NCBI RefSeq assembly: GCF_011745625.1
Contig: NW_027191460.1
Coordinates: 62,001 to 126,000, forward strand
Source: Cladosporium halotolerans
Lineage: Eukaryota
Direction of reading: 5' to 3'
DNA length: 64,000 nucleotides
Every line of letters begins with the position of its first letter. The first letter of the stretch is position 1. The position numbers and the translations under genes are program-made. Of this stretch, positions 1 through 11,363 are shown piece by piece. The notes below the pieces were generated by a model, which searched no databases, had not been told where the DNA came from, and saw only the letters and a list, made by a program, of their open reading frames with translations.

Positions 1-4
1 GCAG

Positions 5-948
5 GTTGAGTCTAAGAAGGCCGACACGAACGTCGTCCAGGCTATCAAGAGGATCCTCGAACGCGAAGGTCTGGGCGGTCTGTATGCCGGGCTGGAGAGT
101 GCCTTGTTCGGTATCACTGTTACCAACTTTGTGTACTACTACTGTGAGCATGGCCATCACCACATCAATGCCAGAGCGTCTCCGCTAATGCACTCGGACA
201 GGGTACGAGTTCACTCGGGCCTACTTTACCAGGACCATGCAGAGGTCTCGTCTAAGCACCCTCGAGTCCATGGCTGCCGGCGCCATCGCTGGCTCGGCTA
301 CTGTGCTTATCACCAACCCCATCTGGGTGGTCAACACCCGCATGACGGCACGCAAGGAGGAGACCAGCGAGCCCGTCCTCCCCACCAAAGAGGGCGAGGC
401 TTCCGCTCCGGCCGAGAAGAAGAAAGCGCCCAACACGCTCTCGACCTTCCTTAAGATTATCCGTGAAGACGGCGTCACGCGTCTCTTCGCCGGTGTCCTG
501 CCGGCTCTCGTGCTGGTCGTCAACCCGATCCTGCAGTACACCATCTTCGAGCAGCTCAAGCAAGTGCTCGAGAAGCGCAGGAAGGTCACCGCACGCGACA
601 GCTTCCTGCTCGGCGCTCTCGGAAAGCTCGCTGCCACCAGCATCACCTACCCTTACATCACCGTTAAGTCGCGCGCTCACGTTGCCACCGGCGCAGGCAG
701 CAAGGAGGGCATGACTGCGAGCCTCAAGCGCATTGTGAGGGAGGAGGGCGTTGCTGGCCTTTACGGCGGTAGGTCTACATTGACGAGGGGATCCGTAATG
801 CAAAAGATCCGATTAACTAACCACAATCTCAGGCATCGGACCCAAGGTCACTCAATCAGTGCTCACTGCGGCTTTCCTGTTCGCTTTCAAGGACATCCTT
901 TACGACGCTACTGTCAAAGCCCGCAGGACTATCTCAAAGAAGGCTTAA
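5..948 (+). CDS. PMP47: Peroxisomal adenine-nucleotide/CoA carrier (mitochondrial carrier family, PMP47/SLC25A17-like); 5' end lies outside the window
   Basis: Carrier motifs TNPIWVVNTR and TYPYITVKSR, plus EG-x-x-GLY-x-G repeats. Introns at about 144-201 and 769-832. Last exon reads IGPKVTQSVLTAAFLFAFKD to TAA at 946-948. Confidence 0.85.
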
Positions 949-1421
949 CCCTTCAATATTAGTGGCAATAAGTTCCCTGCGGACTAGTACTGGAGACGAA
1001 TGAATCTCAATCCCTGCATGGACGGCAGACGAGTGGTGGGTACTGTATCTGCAATATATCAGGTTGTCAAATACGGGTGGGAATTGAAGTCAGTTGCAGG
1101 CTTTAGTCGTACAGGGCTAGAAAGGAGCGCTGCAACGTGAGTGTCTTAACGGGAAACAACGGAAGGATCTCCTTAGAAAAGACAAAGCTGCCGGCGTCTG
1201 GATGGTTTGTAATGGCTTATCGTTGTTCGCAAGTAAGATTTAACTTCTCGTTATCAATCTGCGCATATCCTTATCGCGTGTTAAGCCACCAGGAGCACCA
1301 AGCTTCCCTCGTACAGCCGCTGAGCAGGTGCGACAAGACCCGAAACTCTTCCATGGAGCGTAGTTCCCATCGCTAACCTCATTTCGGACGTTCCCAGCCA
1401 TGACTTCGTGGGGTGTCCATC

Positions 1422-1456
1422 TTAGGGTTAGGGTTAGGGTCCTCGGGGTTAGGGTT
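1422..1456 (+). repeat. Interstitial telomere-like repeat (TTAGGG)x3 plus a degenerate GGGGTTAGGGTT
   Basis: Directly visible: ttagggttagggttagggtcctcggggttagggtt. Confidence 0.85.
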
Positions 1457-2237
1457 GGTGTAAGCGGTTGGCCAACTTCGACCCCTTAATATCGCCTCAT
1501 AGTGGCGAGTCATATGTAGAAGAGGCCGAGGAAATGTATTCTATTCATGAAGACGCAATCGTTGCATCGATCGTGGTTTGTTTGCGAAGATAGGGTATGG
1601 AGACGCACAGTTGGTGATCCGTTCAAGTCCATGCTTCGTGAAAGGACACGATACTACCTACAGGTCCCAGATCTCCAGCCATTTTGACCCGCCTTAGCAC
1701 AACACTCTATCGCCCCATTGTCTGACTTGGCTAAGACCGGCCCTGTCAATATTCCCTGCTTTCTCAAAATCGCTTGTCGCGATCGGACGTCTTCATCCAA
1801 AGAACCTCAGCAGGCGCCATGTCAGTTCAGGCGGACTGTCGCATGACTGTCGCTCGCCAGAAGGGCGACAGGCGATAATGGAAGGTGAACGAGTGGCATG
1901 ACTTGTGACAGGGATCGTGAGTGAGGTTGTGATCACGTGCGTTCCCATGCGCAGCTTGCCTCAGGTGATTGCAATGCAACTGGAAGTGAACGCATATGTG
2001 TTTGTGGCTGATTTGCCGCAGCTGCAGCGCGCTTCCCCACGCCACCTGCGTCATCCAACTATCGCACCGCGGAGCTTTCCCCGTCACCGACGGCGATTGC
2101 CATCCTAGGTGCATAACTTCGCCAACCGAGCATTCACCACTCGCGAGCCTCCCATCGACCAACAGGCCAGTACACGGCGGCCGCTGCAACACGCGCTTGC
2201 CCTTCCACTGCTATCGGTCTCGGGCACCGACTTTGCA

Positions 2238-4965
2238 ATGCCTCCCAAGCATGACACCGCTGCTGCTGGATCTTCCCAGCACATCCAAGGCGCCACCCAA
2301 CTTGGCCGCGTCGTAGCGCAAGCCTCCGGGCGGCCGAAACGCGAGCAGGTCCTCGCTGCATGCACGCCCTGTCGGAAGCGCAAGACTAAGGTAAGGTCCA
2401 ATGTCGCGAGCCCGGCATTGCAATACGTGATTTGATTGACGCCCGGCCTTGACAGTGTAATGCGCAGCGCCCGTGTGCGTCGTGTGAGCAGCGCAATACC
2501 CCGTGTGAGTATGAGACAGAGGCCGGAGAAAGTTACCCGCAAGCGGCGAAGCGAAAGTACGAGGATATGAGCCGTGCCTGCGAGACGTACGAGGAACTGT
2601 TCAGCCTGCTCGGAAGGCAGGACGAGCAAGGCGCTGCGAAGATCCTACGCGACATCCGTCACGGCCAGAGCCCTGGAGCCGTCCTCGCCCTGGCCAGGAA
2701 CAGAGGTGTGATTTCCGCATTCGCCAGTAGACCGGACTCGGATGCGCAGAGTCTCGCCGCTGAGGCTTTCCTGGTCAGCCTTGCTCATAGCACGGCTTCA
2801 CTTAAGGATGTAGTTAGACTTGCTATGTCTGTCACCACCTTCGCCGAAAGATCCCGAATCCCAAGCGCGCGAGCCTTTCACGCCATGCGCAACCGCATCG
2901 TTCATTCGCGATACCTGGAGGCCATGGTCAGGATACCAATGCAAGTAAACAACTCTTTGCCGTCGTTGACGGTAGATCTGTCGGGCGGTGGAAATAGACA
3001 CCCAAGCCGTCCCGGCCTGTTACTGGAAGCTACAGAAAGAGAGGGAGGGGACGCCGATGCCGGTATCGGAGCGCCAGATGCGGACGCTCATACTGGAATC
3101 GGCATCCAAAGCTACATTCTAGATAGTGACATTAGCAGACCTGATCAGCCTCTGCGTCTTGTCACAGCCCTAGCGTGGACAAACATAACTACAAGCGATC
3201 ATGCCGTTTCCCACCTCGTTTCACTTTTCCTGGCATGGATCAACCCAACGTGGAGATTCGTTGAGGAAGACCTCTTCCTACAAGGTTGGTTCATTCGGGC
3301 CTCGTGATACTAGATCGATCAAAGCCCCACTGACGCTTTCTTGTTCAAGGTATGCACTCGAACCAAACCGGCTCCGACCTTTGCTCGCCGTTTTTGGTTA
3401 ACAGTATCTGCGCGATTGCGAGTGCAAGTATTTCCGTTCGCAATTGTGTTCCATTACCGTTGCTTACATCGTATTAGTTACACTCTGAGCATGATGTTGC
3501 TTTCTCGTCTGATGCTAAAGATCGAATCACTCGCGGGCAACATTTTCACGATGAGGCCCATCCGACTCTGGAACCTCGAAGAAGGTCGCCCAAGCCTTAC
3601 TAACATCCAAGCCCTCTGCGTTCTTGGCCTAGAGTAAGTAGGCTTAGCAGCAACACGTCTGAAATCTGCTGACATCCCATCAGGTCAAACTACAGGGCGA
3701 AAGACAGACTGGGCCTGACGCTTATCCCGATCGCAGAGAGATTCGATAACGAAGTGAGCGCATACCCTGACGAGAGACGATGCGTGGCTCAAAATCTATC
3801 CAAGCGAGACTATCTGAGAGCGAGAGTCTCTGCTCATTGGATGGTCAAATGTACACACGTGTAAGTGTCGGACAAGGATCTTCCCACTACATTTGGAAAC
3901 CACTGACAGATCAAGCATTACGCGCATTGCCTTCATGAGTGGCGTGATAGCAGATTCGCGCCAATCTGGCCTTCCCAGCATCCACGACACCTTTGAAGAC
4001 AAGGAGGAGCCCTGGATAGGCTACCCCTTGACGACGACTCCCGTCCCCTATCGGCCGACAGTATACCTTCTACAGCGCTGCAGGCTTGCAGAATTATTTG
4101 AAGAGATGCACAGCCTTATCCTGACGTCAGGCGACAAGCACAATGATACTGTCCGTAATTTCTCAGGTGCCGTCGATGGTCTTGCAGCGAAGATGCAGCA
4201 CTGGCTGAGGCACTTGCCTACCGAACTCGAATACAATTGGCCGATGTGCATATCAGTATGGGAACTGCAGTTAGTAACGCCTACCTTTGCCGCAGTGCAC
4301 ACAACAACTTGCTGACCTCAAATTCCAGTGCCTCCTACCTGGCCTTCCTCATGTGCCTCCACGTTGTCGCTCGAACCCGCTTGTTGCAGGAAGACGTCTC
4401 GCCGAAGGGCCAGCCACCGCTATCCGTGTCCGGAGAAGAAGACCCCAACTTCAGATCCCACCTCGCGCAAGAGAACCTCACAAAAGCAATCCCGCTCGCG
4501 CACCGCTCCGCCGAAATCCTCCGCGACTTCCGCGAACGCTACGGCCTCAAAATCACCCCCGCCTGGCTGCTCCAACTCCAAGCTGTCGCCGCAGGTGTTC
4601 TCCTCCTCGACCCAGAGCTCGCCAACCCAACCGTCATCTCCTCGCCGCAGGCCAGCGAAGCCGGCACCATCACCAGCTCCGCGGCCGCCTTCGACGAAGT
4701 CTTCCGCTGCCTGCTCGGCGCCGGTGTCGAAGTCATGATCTCGCGCGCCATCGCCCGCATGACCTACCACACCGTGCTCGAGCAGCGGATCGTGCTGTCA
4801 CGCTCGACGTTTAATATGCTCCAGCTGATGTCCGATACCGCCTGGCGCCCGTCCGACATGTCGCTCGTCAACTCTGTGTTTCCCAACTTCGCGACGACCA
4901 AGGGCCATGAGGACGACGTACGCATGACGGAGTTGCTGGAGAAATGGGAGTCGATCGAAATTTGA
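2238..4965 (+). CDS. Zn(II)2Cys6 transcription factor with fungal-specific TF domain; apparent +1 frameshift near 3557 (possible pseudogene or sequencing error)
   Basis: ACTPCRKRKTK, intron 2391-2455, then CNAQRPCASCEQRNTPCEY forms the binuclear cluster. The middle region (VSHLVSLFLAWINPTWRFVEEDLF...CSPFLVNSICA...PSLTNIQAL) is typical of fungal TF domains. Multiple introns; TGA at 4963-4965. Confidence 0.85.
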
Positions 4966-5453
4966 AGTGAAGTGGCGCACTTCACATAACCATACCAGCG
5001 TGGCCGCCTGCGACTCCGGCAGGCAGGCCGCGCACAAATAACTGCATGCTTTTCAGCTCACGGCGTCTAAAAAGTACAAAATCCCATGTTATGTTGGATT
5101 TGTGAACGAATGTTGATGATACCCGGAAATCGGAAAAGGAGCATCAGAGGACTGCTCCGTGGGACGTGCTGCATGGAGCCTTTTCTTTTAATTTTTCATT
5201 TTTTTTACATAGTGGGAATGGGAACGCGAACGCTCGTCACACGACAACGATGGAAAGGAACCGGGCTGTTCTGTGCACAAAAAGAAGTTTCAAGAATATA
5301 CCCTAATTACCGCCGCGCCTCGGCGCGGACTCCCAAAATCCGTGTACGTAGAGGCCCAGTACCCACTTGGAGGCGACTTGTATGTATCCCATACCCCATC
5401 AAACGCCTTGCAAACCGAACAAAGTGAAATGCACACAGACAGGCAGCGCCAGC

Positions 5454-7736
5454 TCACGCCTGTGCGTCCTCGCTGCTCTCGCCGCCCTGCTGCGACGGCG
5501 GCGCGCGAGACCCAGCCTTGCGGTCGATGCTGACCCGTCCCTTCGGGTCCACGCTCGCCCTCCTGCCATCCATGCTCGTGCGGCCAACACCGCCCGCCTT
5601 GTCACCGTGCACACGGCCGTCGACCTCGTCCTCCTTCCCGCTCAACAACCCCGTCGCGCCCATCTTCGTCCTGCGCACATCGAGCGACTTGCGCGGCTTC
5701 CTCGCCTCCATCTCGCGCTTCGCCTCCATCGACTTGCGGCTGAGCTCGATGCCCTCAACGTCGCCGAAGCGCGCCTCGTCGTCGACGTCGACGCCCAGGT
5801 TCTCCGCGTCGTCGGCGCGCTCGTGGCGGTGCTGGATCTTCTTGATGGCCTCCTTCGTCAGGTCCTGGCGGAAGATGCGCTCGAGGACGTCCTTCTTGCG
5901 CGTGCGCTTGTCGCCGACGCTGATGAGGATGCCGGCGACGATGTTGCACGTCAGCGAGCAGGACAGGATGACGGCCGTCACGGCCGCGGGGCGGACCTGG
6001 TAGGGGATCGTCCAGGTGCAGGTGCCGAGCGCGACCTGGAAGATGCTGTGGAAGTCGAGCAGGACGACGATGGCGATCAGCAGGCGCAGCGGGAAGGCGT
6101 GGTGCGTCGCCGTCTCGTGCGGCTTGTAGAAGGTGTGGGTCTTGGCGAACTTGGCTTGGTGGTATTGCAGGCGGCGCTGCTGGACGGGGCTCAGCACGGT
6201 GTACTCGTACCTGTCGTTCTTGTCGTCTTTGGTGACGTTGTTTTCGAGGTCGGGTTCTTCGGCCGCTGCGCTGGAGCGGCGTCCGGGCAGGTCGTTGTGG
6301 TCTTCCAACTTCGGCAGTTGCTGTTTCTCGCGGATTTCCCAGGTCTTGTGAGCGTATTTGGCGATGTAGCACATGTGGTAAGTGTCGACAGCACGGAACG
6401 GTGCCAAGCCGTCGCCCATGAGGGCGAAGAGCGCGACAAGGGTCAAGTCGATGATATTGATAATGTACTCCTGCTGGCCGTCGACGTAGATCCACCCAAT
6501 GAGACAGAACACCCAAGCTGCACCGAAGAGTGTGACCAGAACCGCATAGACCGTGACGAAGAGACCAAGCGGCTTGCTGACGTATTTGCCGAAACCTCGC
6601 ATGGATCTTTTGAACCCTTCGCGACGAGAATGCAGCAGATGGCGGACATAGTCGTTGAGCTCGTCGAGGTCTTCTTCAGACCATCCTTCCAGCCTGACAC
6701 CGTGAGGCAAGACTGCGTAATGAGATTCGGTAAGTTGGGAGGAAACGGAATTCCTCCTGCCTTGTGAGTCTTCTGTTCCAAGCTCCACGCCCATGTCGGT
6801 ACCTGGACGATCGGTCGGTTTTATGACGTCGTCACCACCACCAGCGACCGATGGTGCAGTAGCCGTAGAAGCGCGAGTTCCTGCTCGTGGCCGAGGAATG
6901 CGAACCGTACCATCCTTGTCTTGTAGTCCGTATCCAGTTCCTGGGCGTTTCGTGAGGTCGTAAGTTGGCTTACGGTTCACCAGACGGCCGAGATCGGGGA
7001 CGAAAAGCGAGTTTTGCATGTTGGTCAAAGTACCGAGTGTTTGCACTTCGGGGTCTGCGAATTGTTAGCATCAAATCCATATGACGCGAAAGGGCAGCTG
7101 GGATGGGTTGCAAAACGTACCGACCAGGTCGAGCAAGCTCACGACATCGGCGTCATACTCCCTGTCAGCGGCAAGCTCCTGCTGTCGAGGAGGCAAAGCG
7201 CCACTCCTAAGTCTTCGCAGCCCTCGATTTGTCCTCGCAGTGTTTGCCGCGCTGTTCATCGCCTGTGCTCCGCCGACGTCAGACGCGTTCGTCCCTGATC
7301 TTGAAAGGTTTCCGTAGGGCTGAGGCGCATCTGTTTCGCGCGAAGGCACAGGCTCGAGTCCCCTAGCTTCTTGGGCAGCTGATGCTTGCCCCTCCACAAT
7401 GGGAGGCATGAAAGGCTCAGCCGTCCGCTGTCTTGTCAGGTCATCTTGACCAAGCTCCTGTAGTGTAGGCCGTTGGGGAGCAGAGGAGCTGCGTCTGCGA
7501 CCAGCTGATCCTGGCTCGGCGAAATCGCGTCCTTCAGTCAATCCGGTTTCTGAGGTTTGTGAGAGAGGCCGCACTGAGTTGCTGGAAGGGAGTCTGCGAA
7601 TCCTGATGCTCGACGGCGTTCGGAGATTGTCGCGCGAACCGCCTCCTCCGCCGCTCAATAGAGGCCTGTTGTTCGACGTGTTCGCGCGACTTTCTTGGGG
7701 GTTGGAATAACCGCGGTTGCGATTAGACGCAGACAT
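5454..7736 (-). CDS. Integral membrane protein, DUF2985-like
   Basis: Two ORFs joined by intron 7055-7120 (LDLV/DPEVQTLGTLTNMQNSLFVP). About four hydrophobic helices and a conserved-looking FYKPHETATHHAFP motif. Confidence 0.75.
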
Positions 7737-8639
7737 GTTGTAGCCGATCGATTTGGTCGCGTCGTATGCGAGCAGAGCGGGACTTTGTAGAACGCCCTCT
7801 TATTACTTCCTGGGATGGCCGGCAGCAGCTCTAGGTTCCGGCAGCATCCGAGAGAGCGGGCAAGGCTAGGTAAGGTCACTTTTGCAGCAGCCGACAGCGC
7901 GCACTCCTGCAAGTAAAGGAAAGCACCGCTATTCCGAGTGAGGTGTATGAAGTCTCATCGCGGGCGTGGAGAGGAGTGGCGCGAAGCGTCGAAGCGCTGG
8001 AGTGCGAAAAGGCCCGCCCGCAATTGTTTGGGGAGACGAGGCCCACCGGCGATCCGAAAGTTTGCAGGGGCGATACGGCTACGATGCGCTCTCACGAGCT
8101 GAAATTGATGTCGCTGGACTCAACACGCACCGGATAGCTTTAGAAGACTCATAGCACTTACTACGCTCTCTCAGTTCACAAGCTACATGAGACCGCTATC
8201 CTCCACGGTGTATTATAAGAACTGATCATTTACCAGGAGAGCATTCGGCCTGCAAACTTTTGACCGAGCGGCCGACGTCAGCGCGCGGGACAACAGGGTC
8301 GAGCGTCGGCGCTAATGCCAACTTTAATCCGGAGCTTGTCGGGGGCAGCGCACGTGCCTGTTCTTGGCTCTCGTTGACGTCCGCCATACCAACCTCCTGC
8401 TTGCTCAGATGGATGCGTCCTACCTAGGTAGGTACTCCGTCGTTCGTCAATTGAGGGAAATCGTACACGAAATTTGAACATGTATGGCCGGTTCAGAGTG
8501 GATGCGATCTTGAGGCTTCAAGTACTGTCTTTAACTGCAGGGGCCGTCACTGATTCGCATGGGATCCGCAGCAGGTTCCGTGGAGATCCAGCATCCCGCA
8601 CAAGCGAGCATTCTGCGGTTCACACACACCAAAATTTCA

Positions 8640-9370
8640 TTCTTCCCTTTACGCAGTTCAAATCTCCAGATTCCCGAGTTTTGTGGGCTATGATTGCTAA
8701 AGAAGCAAGGACGATCGCCTGCCTTCAAACCACTGCGTTCGACCTTCCCTGTCACTGGCGGAGGTTGCCAGTGCAATCAATTGTCAGAAAACAAGACAGA
8801 ACTCCATTCCTTCCGATCCCACTTTCCTTCTCACCAGCAAATGTTGCTGTCGTATTTCTACTAGGGAAGAAGGCACAATCTATGCCTTTCGACCGTAAGT
8901 ACCCACGCACTGACTGACCTTCTTTCCCATAGGCGAGCGTTGCCATGGTGCTTCTGGTAGAAGAGAAAGTGCGATCCCCCATCTGCCGACAAAGTACTAC
9001 CTGAGCTTCCTTTCCATCGGTGAATGTTGCTATGGCATTCTTCCTAGAGAAGACAGCACAATCGCCGGCCTTGCTATCAAGTTTTACCTGACTTTCCTTC
9101 TCACCGGCATACGTTCTTGGCTCTCAGATGGCGTACGGAGAGAGCAGCTGCAGGTTCTAGACAAAAGGCGTGACCTTCCACCTCACACCCGGACGTTCCT
9201 GGCATTTGAACAGGTTGTAGAGGGAGCAGCTTCGTTAGGTACATCTTGGAGGTTCTGACCTGCTGAGAGTTTGTTGATTCTCGCCTGGTGGGCTTGTTCC
9301 TTCTCACCGGCGAATGCTCCTGGCTTTCCGGTGGTTGTAGAGAGAGCACCTGCGTTCTCAACACTCGGCC
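8640..9370 (-). repeat. Degenerate tandem array of about 8 units, roughly 80-120 bp each
   Basis: Recurrent core ttccttctcaccRgcRaatgtt...tagRgaaga..gcacaatc near 8741, 8822, 8915, 9005, 9092, 9175 and 9297. The minus strand translates as a repeat DCAxFSxxxxxATFAGEKEsQV. Confidence 0.75.
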
Positions 9371-9562
9371 AGTGGTACCTTAAGTATTTGTTGATTCTCG
9401 CGCGTCAGACTTCTTATTCTCTTCTTTCTTCCAACGAACAAACCACGCACACACACGTACGTATCAACCCCTTCTCCTCCACCTAATGAAGATACGTGTG
9501 CTAACATCGAAGCAGCCAAGAACAAAAACAACCACAACCACAGCAGCAACAGCAACAGCAAC

Positions 9563-10345
9563 ATGGCTCGTAAGTACAATCGTCTTCTTCTCCCAAAGGA
9601 AACGTGCTGACTTGTGAGCAGCTCCCAACGCCAGCAGCAGCAACAACAACAACAACAACAACAACAACAGCAGCAGGGCCAGCAGCAGCAGCCCCAACAA
9701 GGTACGTCTATCTCAGCGGACTCGCGAGGATCTGAGCGGCTATATGCTGACATCGATGTAGCTGGACCATGGCGCCGTCAAGAAACGGCAACGGGGTAAA
9801 TCCCCAGAGAAGCTGGCGCGCCGCCGCGAGGTACGTTACCCCCATATCATGCCCTCGAGCTGCACACCTCTCGAGCAGCGGGCAGCCACAGCGTTTGACC
9901 ACATGAACATGAGCTGACGCGTGAATGTCAGGCGCGCGCCAATCAGCGGGCGCTCGCCGCCCTCACCATCGCCGCCGCCCCCTCGTCCGCCGCCCCTCCC
10001 GCCGCCGCCGCCGCCTCCTCCTCTCCCCGCCGTCGGGTGTTGCTCCCCAACGAGCGCCCTATCCGCCCGGTGTCGGCGCCACCGGGCCCGGCGCCCTCCT
10101 TCTCGCCGCCTCGCCTCCCTCCTCCCTCCTCCGGGCCGCCACCTCCGGAGCCCCTGCGCTGGGTGCCCGGCGCCGGCACCACCACCGGCGCCTCCGCCTC
10201 CAACTCCTCTCCGGCCCCGGCCGACCCCCCGGGCGCCACCAACACCACCACCACCACCACGCGCCCCTCTGGGGCGCTCACGCCGTCTGCTGCGGGCTGG
10301 TCCCGCCCTGGGTGGTTGCCTGCGGGCAACAAATTTTTTAAGTAG
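9563..10345 (+). CDS. Orphan, intrinsically disordered 189-aa protein (poly-Asn, basic NLS-like exon, Ala/Pro/Thr-rich tail); 4 coding exons
   Basis: Exons 9563-9569, 9622-9701, 9762-9830 and 9932-10345 join to 570 nt with no internal stop. Each intron has a GTAAGT or GTACGT donor, a GCTGAC branch site and a YAG acceptor. A further 5'UTR intron runs from 9457 to about 9515. Confidence 0.75.
9632..9692 (+). repeat. AGC/AAC trinucleotide microsatellite (encodes Ser3-Asn9-Ser runs in the spliced frame)
   Basis: Directly visible cagcagcagcaacaacaac... run. Confidence 0.9.
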
Positions 10346-10380
10346 CTTAATAAGATTCTTATCCAGACCTACAACACACT

Positions 10381-11000
10381 CTCTCCAGTCTCATCGATTG
10401 CTCTCCGTGACAACAGGGCGGCAGGTAGCGGCGCTTTTGGCGAAAGAGATCGCGCTGGACACGTGCTCTCTCGCTCACCTCGACTCTTCGGTGACAAGAG
10501 GGCGCCAGGGAGCTGCCCTGTCTTCTCTCCCGGTACTCACGAGATCCCGCTTGAGGCTCACGCGTCGATCATCGGCCGGACTGCATACTCTTCCCGCTGC
10601 ATCGAACCCTTGGTGAAAACGGCGCGACAGAGAGCACCTCTCTCTCACCTCCTTGCACAAAGAGATCCTGCTGAACACTGACTTCTCCAGTCAAGTCGAG
10701 TACTCTCTATGAGCACAAAGCGACAGGCATCACCTCCTCCCTCGATACACCAGCGGTAGTGCCTCTGCGGCCTGCAAGTTACGCGTCTGCCGTTCGTAAG
10801 AAGTGCGCTCTCGAGAGCACCTCTACAGCCTACTCTCCCCGACGAAGTCTCTCGTTCGAGCGCTGCGCGTCGATCACTGCATCCTTCCTCGGCTGGCTAC
10901 GCGGCACGCCACACGCCTTCATGGAAACAGGGCGGCAGGCAGCACCTCTACAGCATTCTCACGCTAACGAGGTCCACGTTTGAGACTTGCGCGTCGGTCA
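10381..11000 (+). repeat. Second degenerate tandem array (about 5-6 units, 85-120 bp)
   Basis: Recurrent gtgacaacagggcggcagg, gtgacaagagggcgccagg, gtgaaaacggcgcgacaga and atggaaacagggcggcagg. Also cgagatcccgcttgaggctcacgcgtcgatca versus cgaggtccacgtttgagacttgcgcgtcggtca. Confidence 0.75.
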
Positions 11001-11128
11001 AGCTCATTCATCAATCCATTGGTGGTACTATCTAACTATCTAGGTACAAGTCATGACTCCCGTTGGTTTCCCTCTTGCGAGGTACTCACACCGCGCACCG
11101 CGTGAAGGTCGGAGTCTTAGCGCAGCAC

Positions 11129-11242
11129 AGCACCTGTTCGGCGCGCAAGCACCTGTTCGGCGCGCAAGCACTTGTTCAGCGCGCAAGCACTTTTTCAGCG
11201 CGCAAGCACTTTTTCAGCGCGCAAGCACTTCTTCAGCGCGAA
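11129..11242 (+). repeat. 19-bp minisatellite, 6 copies (AGCACyTkTTCrGCGCGCA)
   Basis: Six consecutive units starting at 11129, 11148, 11167, 11186, 11205 and 11224, with stepwise substitutions. Confidence 0.95.
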
Positions 11243-11258
11243 AAGGTTAGTCGGGGTT

Positions 11259-11363
11259 TCAGTAACCCCAAGGCGTCCTGACCTTGCGCCTCAGGACCTT
11301 GGCTTTCATGCGCCGAAGCCATGGGCGCAGGTAGGCGTGGATCTCTACTCCAAAGCCGTGCAT
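11259..11363 (-). CDS. Putative basic micro-protein (MHGFGVEIHAYLRPWLRRMKAKVLRRK...), possibly spliced
   Basis: Minus-strand TATAAG near 11500, then a CT-rich tract, a CAA-rich leader and ACAACATG. Possible GTCAGG donor at 11282 with a GACTAAC branch site. Confidence 0.3.
   Translation of the reverse strand: MHGFGVEIHAYLRPWLRRMKAKVLRRKVRTPWGY

Noticed and set aside
5367..6767. 466-aa plus-strand ORF (and similar ORFs at 25152-26267, 36435-37487, 43299-44033)
   Set aside because: Antisense shadows of real genes with high GC3; no recognisable motifs.
8419..8432. Palindrome CCTACCTAGGTAGG (similar motif near 61160)
   Set aside because: Short, and TACCTAGGTA-type motifs are common in fungal intergenic DNA; no associated structure.
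9358..9799. Poly-Gln, poly-Cys and poly-Leu ORFs over the microsatellite
   Set aside because: Splice signals define the Ser/Asn frame; the other frames are artefacts of the trinucleotide run.
9921..10616. 231-aa poly-Pro ORF
   Set aside because: It starts inside an intron; the spliced frame is the one ending at 10345.
11129..11242. CRISPR-like array
   Set aside because: Head-to-tail repeats without unique spacers, in eukaryotic DNA, with no cas genes.
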